Positions 36,646 to 48,299 of a DNA stretch of 64,000 nt are shown here, piece by piece; the stretch's first letter is position 1; the number at the start of each line of letters is the position of its first letter. A model generated the notes under the pieces. It was not told the DNA's origin. It made no database searches and saw nothing but the letters and a program-made list of their open reading frames with translations. Position numbers and translations under genes: made by a program. The stretch is from contig NC_045697.1 of assembly GCF_009834535.1 (NCBI RefSeq), positions 87,732,001 through 87,796,000 of the forward strand, in the 5' to 3' direction. The DNA comes from Camelus ferus (lineage: Eukaryota).

Positions 36646-37180
36646 TAACTTAGATGTATTATTTTGGGATGAAATCTTAGAAGACAGTGTATATTACTGT
36701 CCCCATCTTTAGACTCAAATGAATTATTTCAGTTATTTATAAGAAATCTCAAGGAAATTGCAAGCTGTAAGGTATTTCCTTGATTTTTGTCATGTTTCTA
36801 TTTTGAACGAGGGGAAGATCATTTTAAAAAATTATTTAAACTATGGAGATGATAAGACAATCATTTTGAGGAGTTTTGTACATAAGTAGAAATGAAGGAT
36901 ATGATTTGGTATGGTCAGCATAAAATTTTTTATCTGTTAGTTCTTTGAGCTCAATTTTCTTTGCTTTAAATTTCTTTGCCCAAGAGTGGGAAATGCTGGG
37001 GATGAGTTTGATTAGAAACTGAAATAAATCTGCTTAAAATCTAAAATTCATGCTGGTTATCACATTCCTTCTAAATCTAACGTGCCTTCAGGAGTGATAC
37101 TGGGTGATTAGGACCGCTGGTTTATGAAAGCAGCTGGTGTGGGTTTAACAGTTTAAAACTGCACTGAGAGCAGAAACCAA

Positions 37181-37240
37181 CATCACATATGTTTTAGCTT
37201 AATCACATATGAGTTAGCTTAATCTCTTGATATGAGTTGA
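37181..37240. repeat. 20-bp tandem duplication (~2.5-3 copies)
   Basis: catcacatatgttttagctt | aatcacatatgagttagctt | aatctcttgatatgagttga. Confidence 0.75.
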
Positions 37241-37479
37241 ATTTATTTGGAAAGAGTTAATCAGAAGTCACAATCCATCTATGTATGCAAAAGTGATTGG
37301 CCATAGCAGTAACTGACAAAGAAAAGTACACTATTGAGAATGACTGTTATATGAAGTTTTTGTTTCTGTAATTCTCCATGTGACTAGTAACAAAAAGTTT
37401 TGCTTTTTTCCCACAGCAATAGTAAAAAAAGGCACAATTGTTAATATTACTATCTTTGCTACCATTATTCCACCCAACC

Positions 37480-37730
37480 AACAACTACAACAATAATAGT
37501 CTTGGTTGCCTAAGTGACAAGCCCATGCTAAGTGCATTGAAAATACAATTTCACACAATCTTTACAAGAACTTTCTGAGGTAGTCACTAATAAGCCCATT
37601 TTGGGTGTGATAAAATTAAAAATCAGAGTTGTTAAGTTATTAAACAAAGTCATCCAAATAGTAAGTAACAGAGTTGGGAGTTAAGTCCCATCCTGTATGA
37701 CTACCAAGCACATGCACTTTCTATTGTACC
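37480..37730 (-). mobile_element. MIR SINE
   Basis: 'catgctaagtgcattg...ctttacaagaactttctgaggtag...cccattttggg...aaagtcatccaaatagtaagtaacagagttggga'. Confidence 0.7.
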
Positions 37731-37777
37731 AAAGAGTCCCCAAGTTTTGCATTTCACAGGTCTTTAAAATACATTAT

Positions 37778-39395
37778 GGAGATTGATCAAGATGGCAGAG
37801 TAAAAAGGATGTGGAACCCATCTCCCTCCATAAACACATCAAAACTACATCTACATGTGAAGAAATTCTCACAGAAAACTAACTGGAGACTGGCAAAAAC
37901 CAAGGCTGTAAGAAAGATCCTCACAGAATCAGATAGGAAAGGAAGAGAAGTGATCGGGTCTGGGCCTGTGCCCCTGGAGGAGACATCAGATGAAAAGGGA
38001 AGAAACATGGGTGGAGATTTGCCCTGGGGATTGAGCAATATGAGCCACATATTGGTTGCTCCAGTCCTGGGGTTGACACAGGAAAGACAAGCAGACAAGC
38101 CCCCTTGGCTGGTTGGAAGGCCACTGGGACTAACAGGAGGGCTGTGGGAAGCTTTGACTCCAGTTGTGAGGAGTGCTTTAGTGCTGGCTTGCTCCTGAGG
38201 CAGGGTAGAGAGGGTAGATTGCAAACTGCCCAATTTCCCATGAACACCCCAGTGCATGCCCCAGCCTGAGATGAGTGAATGCTCCAGTCTTGCTTATTTT
38301 AGATTGCAGCTCTGCACTGCACACTGAAGTCTGCAACAACCAGGAAGAGAGCTTGCCATGTGATGCCAAGGCAACTCAGACCTGGGTTGGCTTTTGAGCA
38401 CGGCAGGGGTGATCACCGCTGGCTCTTACACAGGCAGCACATCAGGGGCAGTCCCAATCTGTGCAGCTGATTGGATTAAAAAACAAGATCCATCTATACG
38501 CTGCTTATATGACACTCACTTCAGAGCTAAAGACACATATAGACTGAAAGCAAGGGGATGGAAAAAGATAGTTCACACAAACAGAAATGGCAAGAAAGTG
38601 GGGGAAAATATATCAGGCAAAATAGACTTTAAAACAAAGTCTATAACAAAAGGCAAAGGGCATTATATAATAATAAAAGGATCAATACAAGAAGAGGATA
38701 CGTTAACATATATACACCCAGTGCAAGCACACCTAAATCTATAAAGCAAATAATAACAGAACATAAAGGGAGAAATTGACAATAGCACAATAATAGTAGA
38801 AGGGCCTTTAACACCCCACTTACATCAATGGTCAGATCATCCAGTAAGGCTACAGTGGTCTTAAATGACACAATAAGACCAGCTGGACTTAATAGATGGC
38901 TACGGGACATTCCATTCCAAAACAGCAGAATACACATTCTTTTCAAGTGCATATGGAACATACTCCAGGAGAGATCCCATGCAAGGTCACAAGGCAACTC
39001 TCAACAAATTTAAGAGGATAGAAATTATATCAAGCATTTTTTCCAACCACAATGGTATGAAACTAGAAATTAATTACAGAAAGAAAAATGGGAAAAGCAC
39101 AAACATATGGAAACTAAACAATATGCTACTAAAAAAAACAATGGATCAGTGAAGAAATCAAAGAGGAAATCAGAAAATATCTTGAGACAAATGAAAATGC
39201 AAACACACCTTTCCGAAATCTACGGAATTTAGCAAAAATAGTTCTAAGAGGTAAGTTTATAGCAATACAGGCCTTTTTCAAGAAACAAAAAAATCCTCAA
39301 ATAAACAACCTGACTTACCATCTAAAGGAATTAGGAAAAGAAGACCTAACAAAGCTCAAATTCAGAGGAAGTAAGGAAATAATAATGATCAAGGA
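37778..39395 (+). mobile_element. LINE-1 5' end (5'UTR) fused directly to the ORF2 endonuclease region; ORF1 and 3' end absent
   Basis: 5' end with YY1-like caagatggc (37788-37796), preceded by a tt/aaaa site; from ~38466 it translates to ADWIKKQDPSI.CL.DTHFRAKDTYRLK..GWKKI...KIDFKTK...GHYIIIKGSIQEED (L1 EN domain), with frameshifts. Confidence 0.9.
38466..39392 (+). pseudogene. Decayed L1 ORF2p endonuclease domain and linker
   Basis: ORF track 38394-38744 shows EN residues; downstream pieces (FNTPLTSM; 'gaatacacattcttttcaagtgcatatggaaca'; 'ccacaatggtatgaaactagaaattaa') sit in shifted frames. Confidence 0.85.
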
Positions 39396-39559
39396 AAGAG
39401 ACTGGGTCATGTCATCCTGTCTCTCCCCATGGAAAGAGGATGCCATACTGACATCAGGGTATTACAGTTCATGTTGCAGTTACGTATCCTTTTAAACTAA
39501 TTTTAAAGTTACCTGATGATGATATGAATTTCCAAGTAGGTGTGCCTAATATCAAAAGT

Positions 39560-39690
39560 CATAATAGTAACCAAGTCATGGGCTGTCGTGAGGACTGTGT
39601 GAGCTAATCTATATGACGTGCTAAGCGGTGTGTGCCATAGTAAGCACTCAACAAACAGTAACTGTCATTATCATCATTGTTGTTGTTTTG
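39560..39690 (+). mobile_element. MIR 3' fragment
   Basis: 'catgggctgtcgtgaggactgtgtgagctaatctatatgacgtgctaagc...catagtaagcactcaacaaac'. Confidence 0.75.
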
Positions 39691-41769
39691 GGGAGACTGG
39701 TTGGTTCCTTTACTTTGAGTATGTTGGTATCTTTGATAGCTTTAAAAAAATACAATATATGCATTGGTATTCTGGATTTTAAAAAAGTCTTAAAATAGCA
39801 TTTAATTTTTGTAATAGTGTATAGGCTTATCTTCTACATAGCTCATTAAGATCTCCCAAGACCTGGGTGTCATCATCGCAGATATTTCAGCAACACTGGG
39901 GGAAGATATAACAAACTTATATGAACAATAAATGCTATATGAAAAGGATATAATTAAAGCCTCTACTGTGGCCTAAGGATTGTGTGGTGTTCAGAAGAGA
40001 TAAATCTCAACTGAGGTTGAAAAATTCATAAAGATCTTAGTCATGGTAGTGCTAGAACATAAGTTTTTCTTTAAAGAAAGGGGATTGTCTACTGGAGGAG
40101 GAAAAATAAAGGCATAAGTATCTACACAGAAATAAGTGTGGTATATACTTGTGAAATATCTATAACACTAACTGGTAAATCATCATTGATTCTTATGCTT
40201 TTTTAATTCTTTGCTTATACCAGGCACTAGGCAAAACTTTTTCCCATGAATGAGAACATAATTTCCAAACAAATCCCAGATCATTGTTTCTGTCGGAGTC
40301 AATATTACTTTCTAAGTAAATGCTGAAACTAATGGCTTTATAATGATATTTTTACAGACTTTACTTATTTAAATAATCTCATGGCTATTAAATTACTACA
40401 TTGGATCTGGCAGATGAAAGTATCTGTGTTTTGCTTTACTAATTTGTTTATTTCAAAGGCTGCCTCTTCAAAAAAGAACAATGACCTTAGGGTGGGCGAT
40501 CATGTCATCCTATTCTAAATAGGTCTATGTTTCTCAGGTATAAACTGCAAGGGCAGGGTTATGGATTTAAATGCAGAAAAAGTCATAATTCACTCTGAAA
40601 TATCTAGGCTAGCATCCATTTGGGAAAAATATACAGGAAAAAACACACGGAAACATCTACAAAAGAGAGGAGTGCTTATACACAGGGTAGTGTACATAGG
40701 TACAGATAGATTTGCACCTACCTCTCTTTCTCCCCTTCCAACCTCTCCTTCTTCCCTTTGCTCCCTCCTCCCTCTTGTCTTTCTTCTTTGTGTCTAATCT
40801 AAGTTACTGTGATCTGAACATTTACTAGTTTTATTGTTGTCAGATGTTAATCCCATAAAACATCCCCTAGTTAGATCTGAGAAGTCCTTAGGCTCTGGCA
40901 TTATCTATACTCAAAAACAGACTTCCAACCAGCTATGCTCCTGCCATCTTGCTTGACCATCCTTTTAGGTAGCTAACTAACTAGTCCCTCTTGTGAGTCT
41001 GGCATTTGCTGGAAAACCTATCTTCCATCACCAGAGTGACCACCATCTCAGTTTTAGAGAAAGAAACACTGCTATCCCCTGGGGTAGTCCCCTCTTCTGT
41101 AATTTCCCACATATTCAGACCAAATCTAATTTTTACCAGGGTCTAAGGAAGGTTAAGGGATAAAGAAAAGAAGCTATATTAGGACAGTAACTAATAGCTA
41201 CTGCCCAGGTCCAGAGTCATGCCTGCTACCAAACTGTCTTCATGTGAGAGGGGCAGATCAGCTCCCATGTTTGGGACTATTTCAAGAAAACAGGTGGCAA
41301 ACTAGTGGGTCCAGCATAGCCCGGGCCAATCTCAACCAAGTTTCTCTTCCATGGTTTCTAGACTCATATATTTAAAGTTACTTAATACACATGTTTGTAT
41401 ATCACTGGATTCCATACAGAATTTGAGTCCACTTTAAGCAATGGGCAATCTAAATCTAAATCTGGGCAATTTAAAGCAAAATAAAAATCAGGCTGGAGAA
41501 AACAATGATAGAAATAAGAAATGAATGAGAGCAATGGGAAAAATAGTGCACAGATATACATGTTATAACTTCCTAAGGTTGAGCCACAAATTTGGCCATG
41601 AGCTTTCTGTTGGGCAAAGAAAAGTAGAAACATGATTGTAAGCAATTGAGGTCTTAAAGAGTTTACTTACATTTACTTGTGTGGATATTCCTAAAGAGAA
41701 CACTGCATAATAGAGGAGCACATATGGAATGCAGGAAAGTATGTCTTTATTAACATGCTTAAAATAAAG

Positions 41770-42200
41770 TTACCATTTCCCATCTCCTCCTGCCTCAACA
41801 CTCTAGTCCTAGACTCCATCATTTCATACCTGGATTACATAGACTGCCTTCTAATTAGTCTCTGTTTGTCTACTCTTATAACTCATTATTAAATGGCAGC
41901 TTTTTAATAGTGTCTTTTTCAAAACTTTAACTAGATCTCATCAGTTCTCTGATGGAAAACCTTCCCGATGGCTTGCCATTGTGAGAAGAATGAAATTTAA
42001 ACTCTACATTGCCTCAAATACTCTATGTGATCTGGCCCCGCTTACCTCTGCAGCACCATCTCCAACCCATCCCCCTCACCCACTCTGTTATGGCTGCACT
42101 GGGCTTTACTCAGTGGCTGGAACATACTAAACTTGCTTCTCCTAAAACACTAAGTTCCTGTATTGACACAGCATGCCCCCAAACCAAGGACATATACATC
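41770..42200 (+). mobile_element. L2 fragment
   Basis: 'ccatcatttcatacctggattac...gccttctaattagtctc', 'gtgatctggccccgcttacctctgcagc'. Confidence 0.75.
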
Positions 42201-42244
42201 AGATTTTTATTATGATAGCACCCACATCTGGGCACCCAAACCTT

Positions 42245-42340
42245 CCAATTATCTACTGCTGCATAATCAACCACCCCCAAATTAATAGTTTAAAACAATA
42301 ATCTTTTATTTAGCTCAAGAATATGCAATATGAGCAGGTT
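42245..42340 (-). mobile_element. MLT1 LTR terminal fragment
   Basis: 'ttatctactgctgcataatcaaccacccccaaattaatagtttaaaacaata..ttttatttagctcaagaat'. Confidence 0.7.
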
Positions 42341-43800
42341 TTAGCAAGAAAAGTTTGTCATTCTATGAAGTATAAGCAGAAAAAAAGGTGAGACAAAATT
42401 CAACAATTTTACAGTGAAAAATGTTCTTCCAACAATGGAAGGAGTTGAAGGAGCTTCCTTAGCTTGATAAAGGGAATCTGTGAAAAACAAAAACAAAAAC
42501 AAAAAAACAACATCTAATACACACAATGTTGAAATAGTGAAAACTTTTCTCCAAGGATCAGGAAGAGGTGAAGGATGCCCATTCTCACCATTCCCATTCA
42601 ACATTGCAGTAAATGTTCTAGAAAGTACAGAATGGAAAAAAAAGTAAAGAACAGACATAAAAATAGGAAAAGATGAAGTAGAATTATGTTATTTGCAGAT
42701 GACATGACTGCTTACATAGAAACCCCTATGGAATCTACAAAAAAAGTGCTAGAACTAATAAGTGAATATAGAAAGTTCACAGGATACACATTCTAAACAC
42801 AAAAATCAATGATATTTTATATATTTGCAACCAAAAATTAGAAAATGAAAGCTTAAAACTATCATTTTCTGTAGCATCAGAAATTATACAATGCTCAAGA
42901 ATAAATTTAACGTAAAATGTTGTGGCAGACACCACCTAAGTTAAACCCAATGCACTGTGCCCTGTATTATCTCCTCCCTTTGAGTCTGAGCAGAAACTAA
43001 GACTAGCTTCTAACCAATATAAGATGGCAAAAGTGATGAGACGCCTTTCTCTTAATGAGGTCACTCTGCCTTGCCAGCATATACTGGAAAGATTCTCCTA
43101 CTGGTCTTGGAGAAGTTAACAGCTATGTCATGAACTGCCTATGGAGAGGCCACATGGAAGGCAGCTAGAAGCAGCTTCTAAGACCTGATCTAGAATAGCC
43201 AGAACAAGTCTGATAAAGGAAACACAAAGTAAGAGTACTCACCCTATTTTATTTTAAGACCTACTGTATACATGTGTTAATCAATAGAGTGTGGTACTGG
43301 CATTGATATGGAGTAGAGGCCAGAAATAAACTACCAGATAGGTGGTCATTTGACTTTTGGGAAAAGGTACCAGATAAATAATAAATAACTAATAAAAAAA
43401 AAGAATAGGACTTTAAACAAATGTTGCCAGAACAACTGTATATCAATATGGGAAAACTGCTGTCTAACTTCTTACCCCCTGGTTTTTTGAGATGGTTAAT
43501 AAATCTAAACATAAAATTCACAACCATAGATCTTATAGACAAAAATGTAGGAGAGTATCTTTGTGACCTTGGGAAAGGCAAATATTTCTTCAACAAACAA
43601 ACAAAGAACAAAAACCTACTAACTTTAAGAAAAAGATAAATTTAAAAATTATGCTCAACAAAAACATTGCTAAGAAAATCAACAGACATGCCACACATGG
43701 GAAGAATATTAACAGCACACGTATCTGAATAAGTATATCCACAATATGTTAATTATACCTACAAATCAACAAATAAAATAAGCCAATTTAAAATACTAAT
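42340..43800 (+). mobile_element. Old L1M ORF2 (RT and C-terminal region), interrupted by MLT1E
   Basis: 'aaggatgcccattctcacca..ttcaacattg' (GCPLSP-like motif) and ttatttgcagatgacatg = LFADDM at 42689-42706; resumes at ~43190 with 'agaatagccagaaca' and 'gtgtggtactggcat'. Confidence 0.85.
42921..43188 (+). mobile_element. MLT1E-like LTR, 5' half
   Basis: Starts tgtggcagac; 'gcttctaaccaatataagatggcaaaagtgatgaga', 'ctgcctatggagaggccacatgg'. Confidence 0.75.
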
Positions 43801-45910
43801 TCATATAGAAGATATAATATTCCATAGCATAATTTTTGATTTATTAATTCTTAAAATTATACAGTGAGTGACAGATACTGAGAAAAATTTGAATTTTGTA
43901 GTAGGTTTTAGAAAACGAAACAGTAATTTTTTTCTTGCTGTTATACTTCTTTGGGTCGGTAGTCATGTGTGTTGGGGAAGGCCCATAGGAGATGAGGGAG
44001 AAATATTTTCAGTAGAATATTGTAATGCCAATTAATACAATTATATAACTTTATTTTACTGTGTAAAGACTTGAAATGGATAAATTATCAATTATTATAA
44101 CTGAATACAATTTATGTTTCCTTATTATTTATAAAATAAGAATAAACCATCAAAATACAAGATCATGTCACTACATGCCCTAAATTAAAAACCCAAAGAA
44201 TACTCCTCTGTTCTTTTAAAGGTTTAGTTGGTAATGTAGAAAGAAACAAGAATTCTGGAAGATGATTTTAAATTTTTTTGATGATCTCAATTAGATAACA
44301 AAAGCTATTATTAATAAATACCAATTTCATTCCACAGACATGTCTTAGGGCTTGGTGTGGACTTCATTTATTTCAGAAAATCAGAATTTGAAATGGATAC
44401 CAAGTCAAGCAACCAGATTTGGGAAATCTTTAAGATTAAGATTAAAGTTAATTTGTCATGCATGTTTCAATGTTAGTCCTAAATGGAAGCCAGACAAAGG
44501 ACCCCAGTCTTCTGGCACCTCTCTGCTTGTTTTCTATTTACTGTGTCACGGGGCTCTTGGTAGAAGGACCTGTGACTTAGGCTATACTGTGGAAGAACAT
44601 TTGGCACCCAGTGTTTGGCATGGCGCTCCATTACTGATCATCCTCAGATGAGCTCTGAACAGACTCGTTACTGCAGCCCCAACATACAACCTAGAGCCAG
44701 GCACATATTAGGCATTTAATAAATACTTGTGGAATGACTGGCTGAAAAAATGCATATTAATAAATAGTAATAAAAGGTAGTGACTTTGAAAAGAAGTTAC
44801 AATTATATTACTATTAAAAAACAGAGTTATTTGAATATTAGTTATTGTTAATGATTTGAGTGCTTTACTGCAGCTCTGCTACTGGCTTGCAGTATTATCT
44901 CACATAAGACACCAAAATTCAGACAAGAAAAGGAGCTATAGGTTTAAAAAAAAAAAACTATCTTTATTTTTCCATGCAGTTCTAAAAGTTTACAACTCTT
45001 TTCCCTCATTTGGCCTCCTTTTGGGAATTTTAATATGTATTGCTTTAAAGGCTTATTTACTATGTCTTTAGACAGGTAAGAACTAACTTAATGATCTTGT
45101 CATTTTACATGTATCAAAACAGAGAAATTAAACGACTTCACAAGGTTAAAATTATGGTAAAAAGGAAAAAGACCAGACTTTAGAATGGACATAAAATTCG
45201 ACAAGCATCTGATGTTGTTCTGTGGTTTTTCTAGCTTTCTGCTGTTTCTTCAGGAAAGGAGCATTTTCATAATTTTTTACTTAATAAAGTAATACATGCT
45301 CAATTCAGAAAACATAGGAAAAAAACACAAGTAAAAATGTATTTATACTTTGACTATACACAAATAATTAGTCTTAAGGATTCTACTATATCTTTTCTTA
45401 GCCTCTTTTTATCTTTGCATATATTTATAAAATATATGTATTTGAACATGAAACTTACTAATTTTGCTTACTTAACAATATGTCAGCAATGTTTTCATGT
45501 CATTAAATACTTAAAGATTAGTAAATAATTCTGATTTTAAAATAATTCAATTAATAATATTTAATTTTAGTAAATTATAAAGAATATAACAATTCACTTA
45601 AGTATACCCTCTACTTTTGAACAGTTAGTTTGCCTTTATGTTTGCATCTTTATGAATTATTGTTGCATTTGGAAACCGATTTCCCTCATATAAGAGATTA
45701 TGTTTAAAACCTTGATACTGATTTGTAGATGTACATATTGGGAATGTATCAAAGTCCCCCTCTTCAGCTATTGTATTTTGCCAAAATCTGATATTTATTT
45801 TTGGAAGGCCAGATTTCCGAATGCTTATCTCAGCATCATTTATGGTTTATCTGAACTTGGACGTAAGCAGTGATCTTACAGATTACAACTATATCTTCAT
45901 GTTCTTTTTT

Positions 45911-46040
45911 GAAAAAAAAATTGAGGGGGAGGTAATTATTTATTTATTTATTTGTTTATTTTTAATGGAGGTACTGGGGATTGAACCCAGGACCCTGTGC
46001 ATGCTACACACACACTCTACCACTGAGCTATACCCTCCCC
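45911..46040 (-). mobile_element. Camelid tRNA-derived SINE (Vic-1 type)
   Basis: Minus strand ggggagggtatagctcagtggtagag...ctgggttcaatccccagtacctcc, (taaa)n, cctccccc; TSD ttctttttt at 45902-45910 and 46041-46049. Confidence 0.9.
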
Positions 46041-46239
46041 TTCTTTTTTCTTTCTTGCTTGGAAAATTATTTATTGAGGAACTGGGCTAGGCACTGCCAA
46101 ACAGAGAAATAATCACAAATATAACTCTTGCCTTGGTCAATCAACCATTGACTGGTTATTTCTATCCATTTCAATGAACTGGAGAAAATTTTGCCTAAGT
46201 TCCCAAAATATTTGGAATTTTTATTAAAATCATATTCCA

Positions 46240-46480
46240 TTAAGATTTAATGTACAGTATGGTGACTAAAGTAAATAATGCTGTATTGTATATTTGGAAG
46301 TTGCTGAGAGCGGATCTTAAAAGTTCTCATTATAGGAAAAAATATTGTACCTGTGCATGGTGATGCGTGTTACCTACACTTATTGTGGTGATCATTTCAC
46401 AATATATACAAATATTGAATTATTATGTTGTATACCTGAAACTAACATGATGTTACATGTCAATTACACCTCAATAAAAT
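46240..46480 (+). mobile_element. L1MA/MB-type 3' end
   Basis: 'atgtacagtatggtgactaaagtaaataatgctgtattgtatatttg...ttgtggtgatcatttcacaatatatac...gtcaattacacctcaataaaa'. Confidence 0.85.
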
Positions 46481-46689
46481 ATATGCACATGTGTTATTTA
46501 ATAACAGGAAATATCCCCATCTATTCCTGACCCTATTTACAACCACATTAAATATCACCTATAAACATCTATCTACATCTTATCTATAAATATGGAATTT
46601 CTGAATATAGTCAAGTCATTCAAGTCCTTTAGTAAGATGTTACTCCTTCCTCCTTATAGGTTTTATAAATAGATTGCTAATAATTCTCA

Positions 46690-46900
46690 ATTATACTGTC
46701 AATTACTCAGTTCTCACTAGACGCCAAACACTGTGCTGAGCATTTCACATGAATGATCTTATCTACTCCTCACAAAAACCATATAAAGAGGGCACAATCA
46801 TTATCCTAGATACAGAAATGGGAAAACTGAGGCTTGAAGTGGCTTTTATATCGTTCCAAGGGCAATACACCTAGTAAGTGGTGGAAAATTTTGAAACCAA
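46690..46900 (-). mobile_element. MIR SINE
   Basis: 'gccaaacactgtgctgagcatttcacatg...acagaaatgggaaaactgaggctt'. Confidence 0.8.
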
Positions 46901-46919
46901 CATTTGGAAATTTTTCAGT

Positions 46920-47510
46920 AATTTCTTAAAATTAAGTTTAACATATGTGGAGAAATCTGCAAAATAATAAATGTACAGCTCAAAGAATTTCTACAGACAT
47001 ACTCAGGTAATGTCCATCCGATAAAGAGAGAGAATATTGCTGGCACCCCAGATGCCTATCCCAGGTCCCCTTCCAGTCGTGAAGTCCCTCTAGGGTAACC
47101 ACTATTGCCTGATTTTGAACATCATGTAACTGGAGTCAGAGAGCATGCATACTTGTGTGTCTGGCTTCTTTTGCTCAACATTATATTTCTGCTTTGTTGT
47201 CGGGTTCAGCGATAGTTCTTTCCATTATATGTATAAACCACAGTTTGTTTGTTCTACTGTAGGTGGCATTTGGGTTGTTTTCAGTTTGGGGCTACTACAA
47301 ACAATGTTGCTCTAAACATGCTTTTATGTCTCTCGGTGTACAGATTTCTGTTAGCTCCATGTTTAGGAGTGGAGTTGCTGGGAATGTGTATGTTCACCTT
47401 CACACATATCCCGGATTTCCAAAGTGATTTTACCATTTTCCACATCTATCTGCAATTTATGAGTTCCTGTTGCTCTGAACTTTTTCTCCTTGTGTTTTTA
47501 AACTAACAAT
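46920..47510 (-). mobile_element. Old L1M 3' region
   Basis: 'tgtgtctggcttcttttgctcaacattatattt', 'ggcatttgggttgttttcagtttggggctactacaaacaatgttgct'. Confidence 0.8.
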
Positions 47511-47829
47511 TGCTGGTAGAATAGAAAACTAATTTTTCCTGTATTTTTTCATTATATGTATGCTGTTATGTACCTTTTATAATTAAAAAAAATGCTCTAC
47601 AGCCTTAGTTATATCTCCATTTTTATTTTTAATTTTGTGTATTTACACATTTCTATTACTGGGGTTTGACACATAGCAAAATACATTTGGGGATTATTTA
47701 TCATTCTGCTGTTTTGCAGTTTAAAAAATCAGTATTTTCTTCGTTCATCTTTATTAATTCTTAGTCTTTATTATGTTTTATTTTCCTAACTTCATTAGCA
47801 GAATGCTTACTTTATTTTTATTGTATGGT

Positions 47830-48220
47830 AGTAAGTTTTCTCTACTGATGGACTGAGTAAGTTGAAGAGAAATCTGCTGGAGAGATTTTGATTATAAAAT
47901 ATTTTTCAGTTAAAAAGAGAGAGAGATGAATAAGGGGTTAATTATCCTTTTCCTTTCCCAGGACATGACCATGTCTGCATGTGTGGATGGTAAGTGTGAT
48001 TTTAATCTTGCAACCAGGAGGGGATTTAGCCACAGAGAAAACTGCCGAGTAGAAGATTAAAGATAACTTGCTCTCTTCTGACATCACAGAATCACTGCAT
48101 TTCTTTCATATTTCCTCTTATTTAAGACCAAGTAAAAAGAAATGTAAAATGTTTTCCCTGATTTTCATACTGTTTTGAATTCTACTTTCTGTTACTGGTC
48201 AGAGCATCCTAACTGATTCT
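47830..48220 (+). mobile_element. Old MLT1-type LTR fragment
   Basis: 'atcttgcaaccaggagggg', terminal 'ttctgttactggtcagagcatcctaactgatt'. Confidence 0.5.
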
Positions 48221-48299
48221 CTACTTACTCTCTCTTTATTCACTTTTGTTTTCCTTGAATTAACAGGGACTGTGGGGTAGGATGAAGTAGCCTGCTACT

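Noticed and set aside
37181..37240. CRISPR-like repeats (also 7603-7687 and 55996-56050)
   Set aside because: Eukaryotic context, only 2-3 degenerate copies, no regular unique spacers and no cas genes.
37776..38257. 140-aa (+) and 156-aa (-) ORFs, possibly ORF0-like or ORF1
   Set aside because: They fall in L1 5'UTR-like sequence, show no ORF1p coiled-coil/RRM features and resemble no protein I know; stop-poor GC-rich UTRs give such ORFs.
38394..38744. Intact domesticated endonuclease gene
   Set aside because: No ATG start, the catalytic-region E appears as D (CLYDTH versus the usual CLQETH), and the frame shifts after ~80 EN codons.
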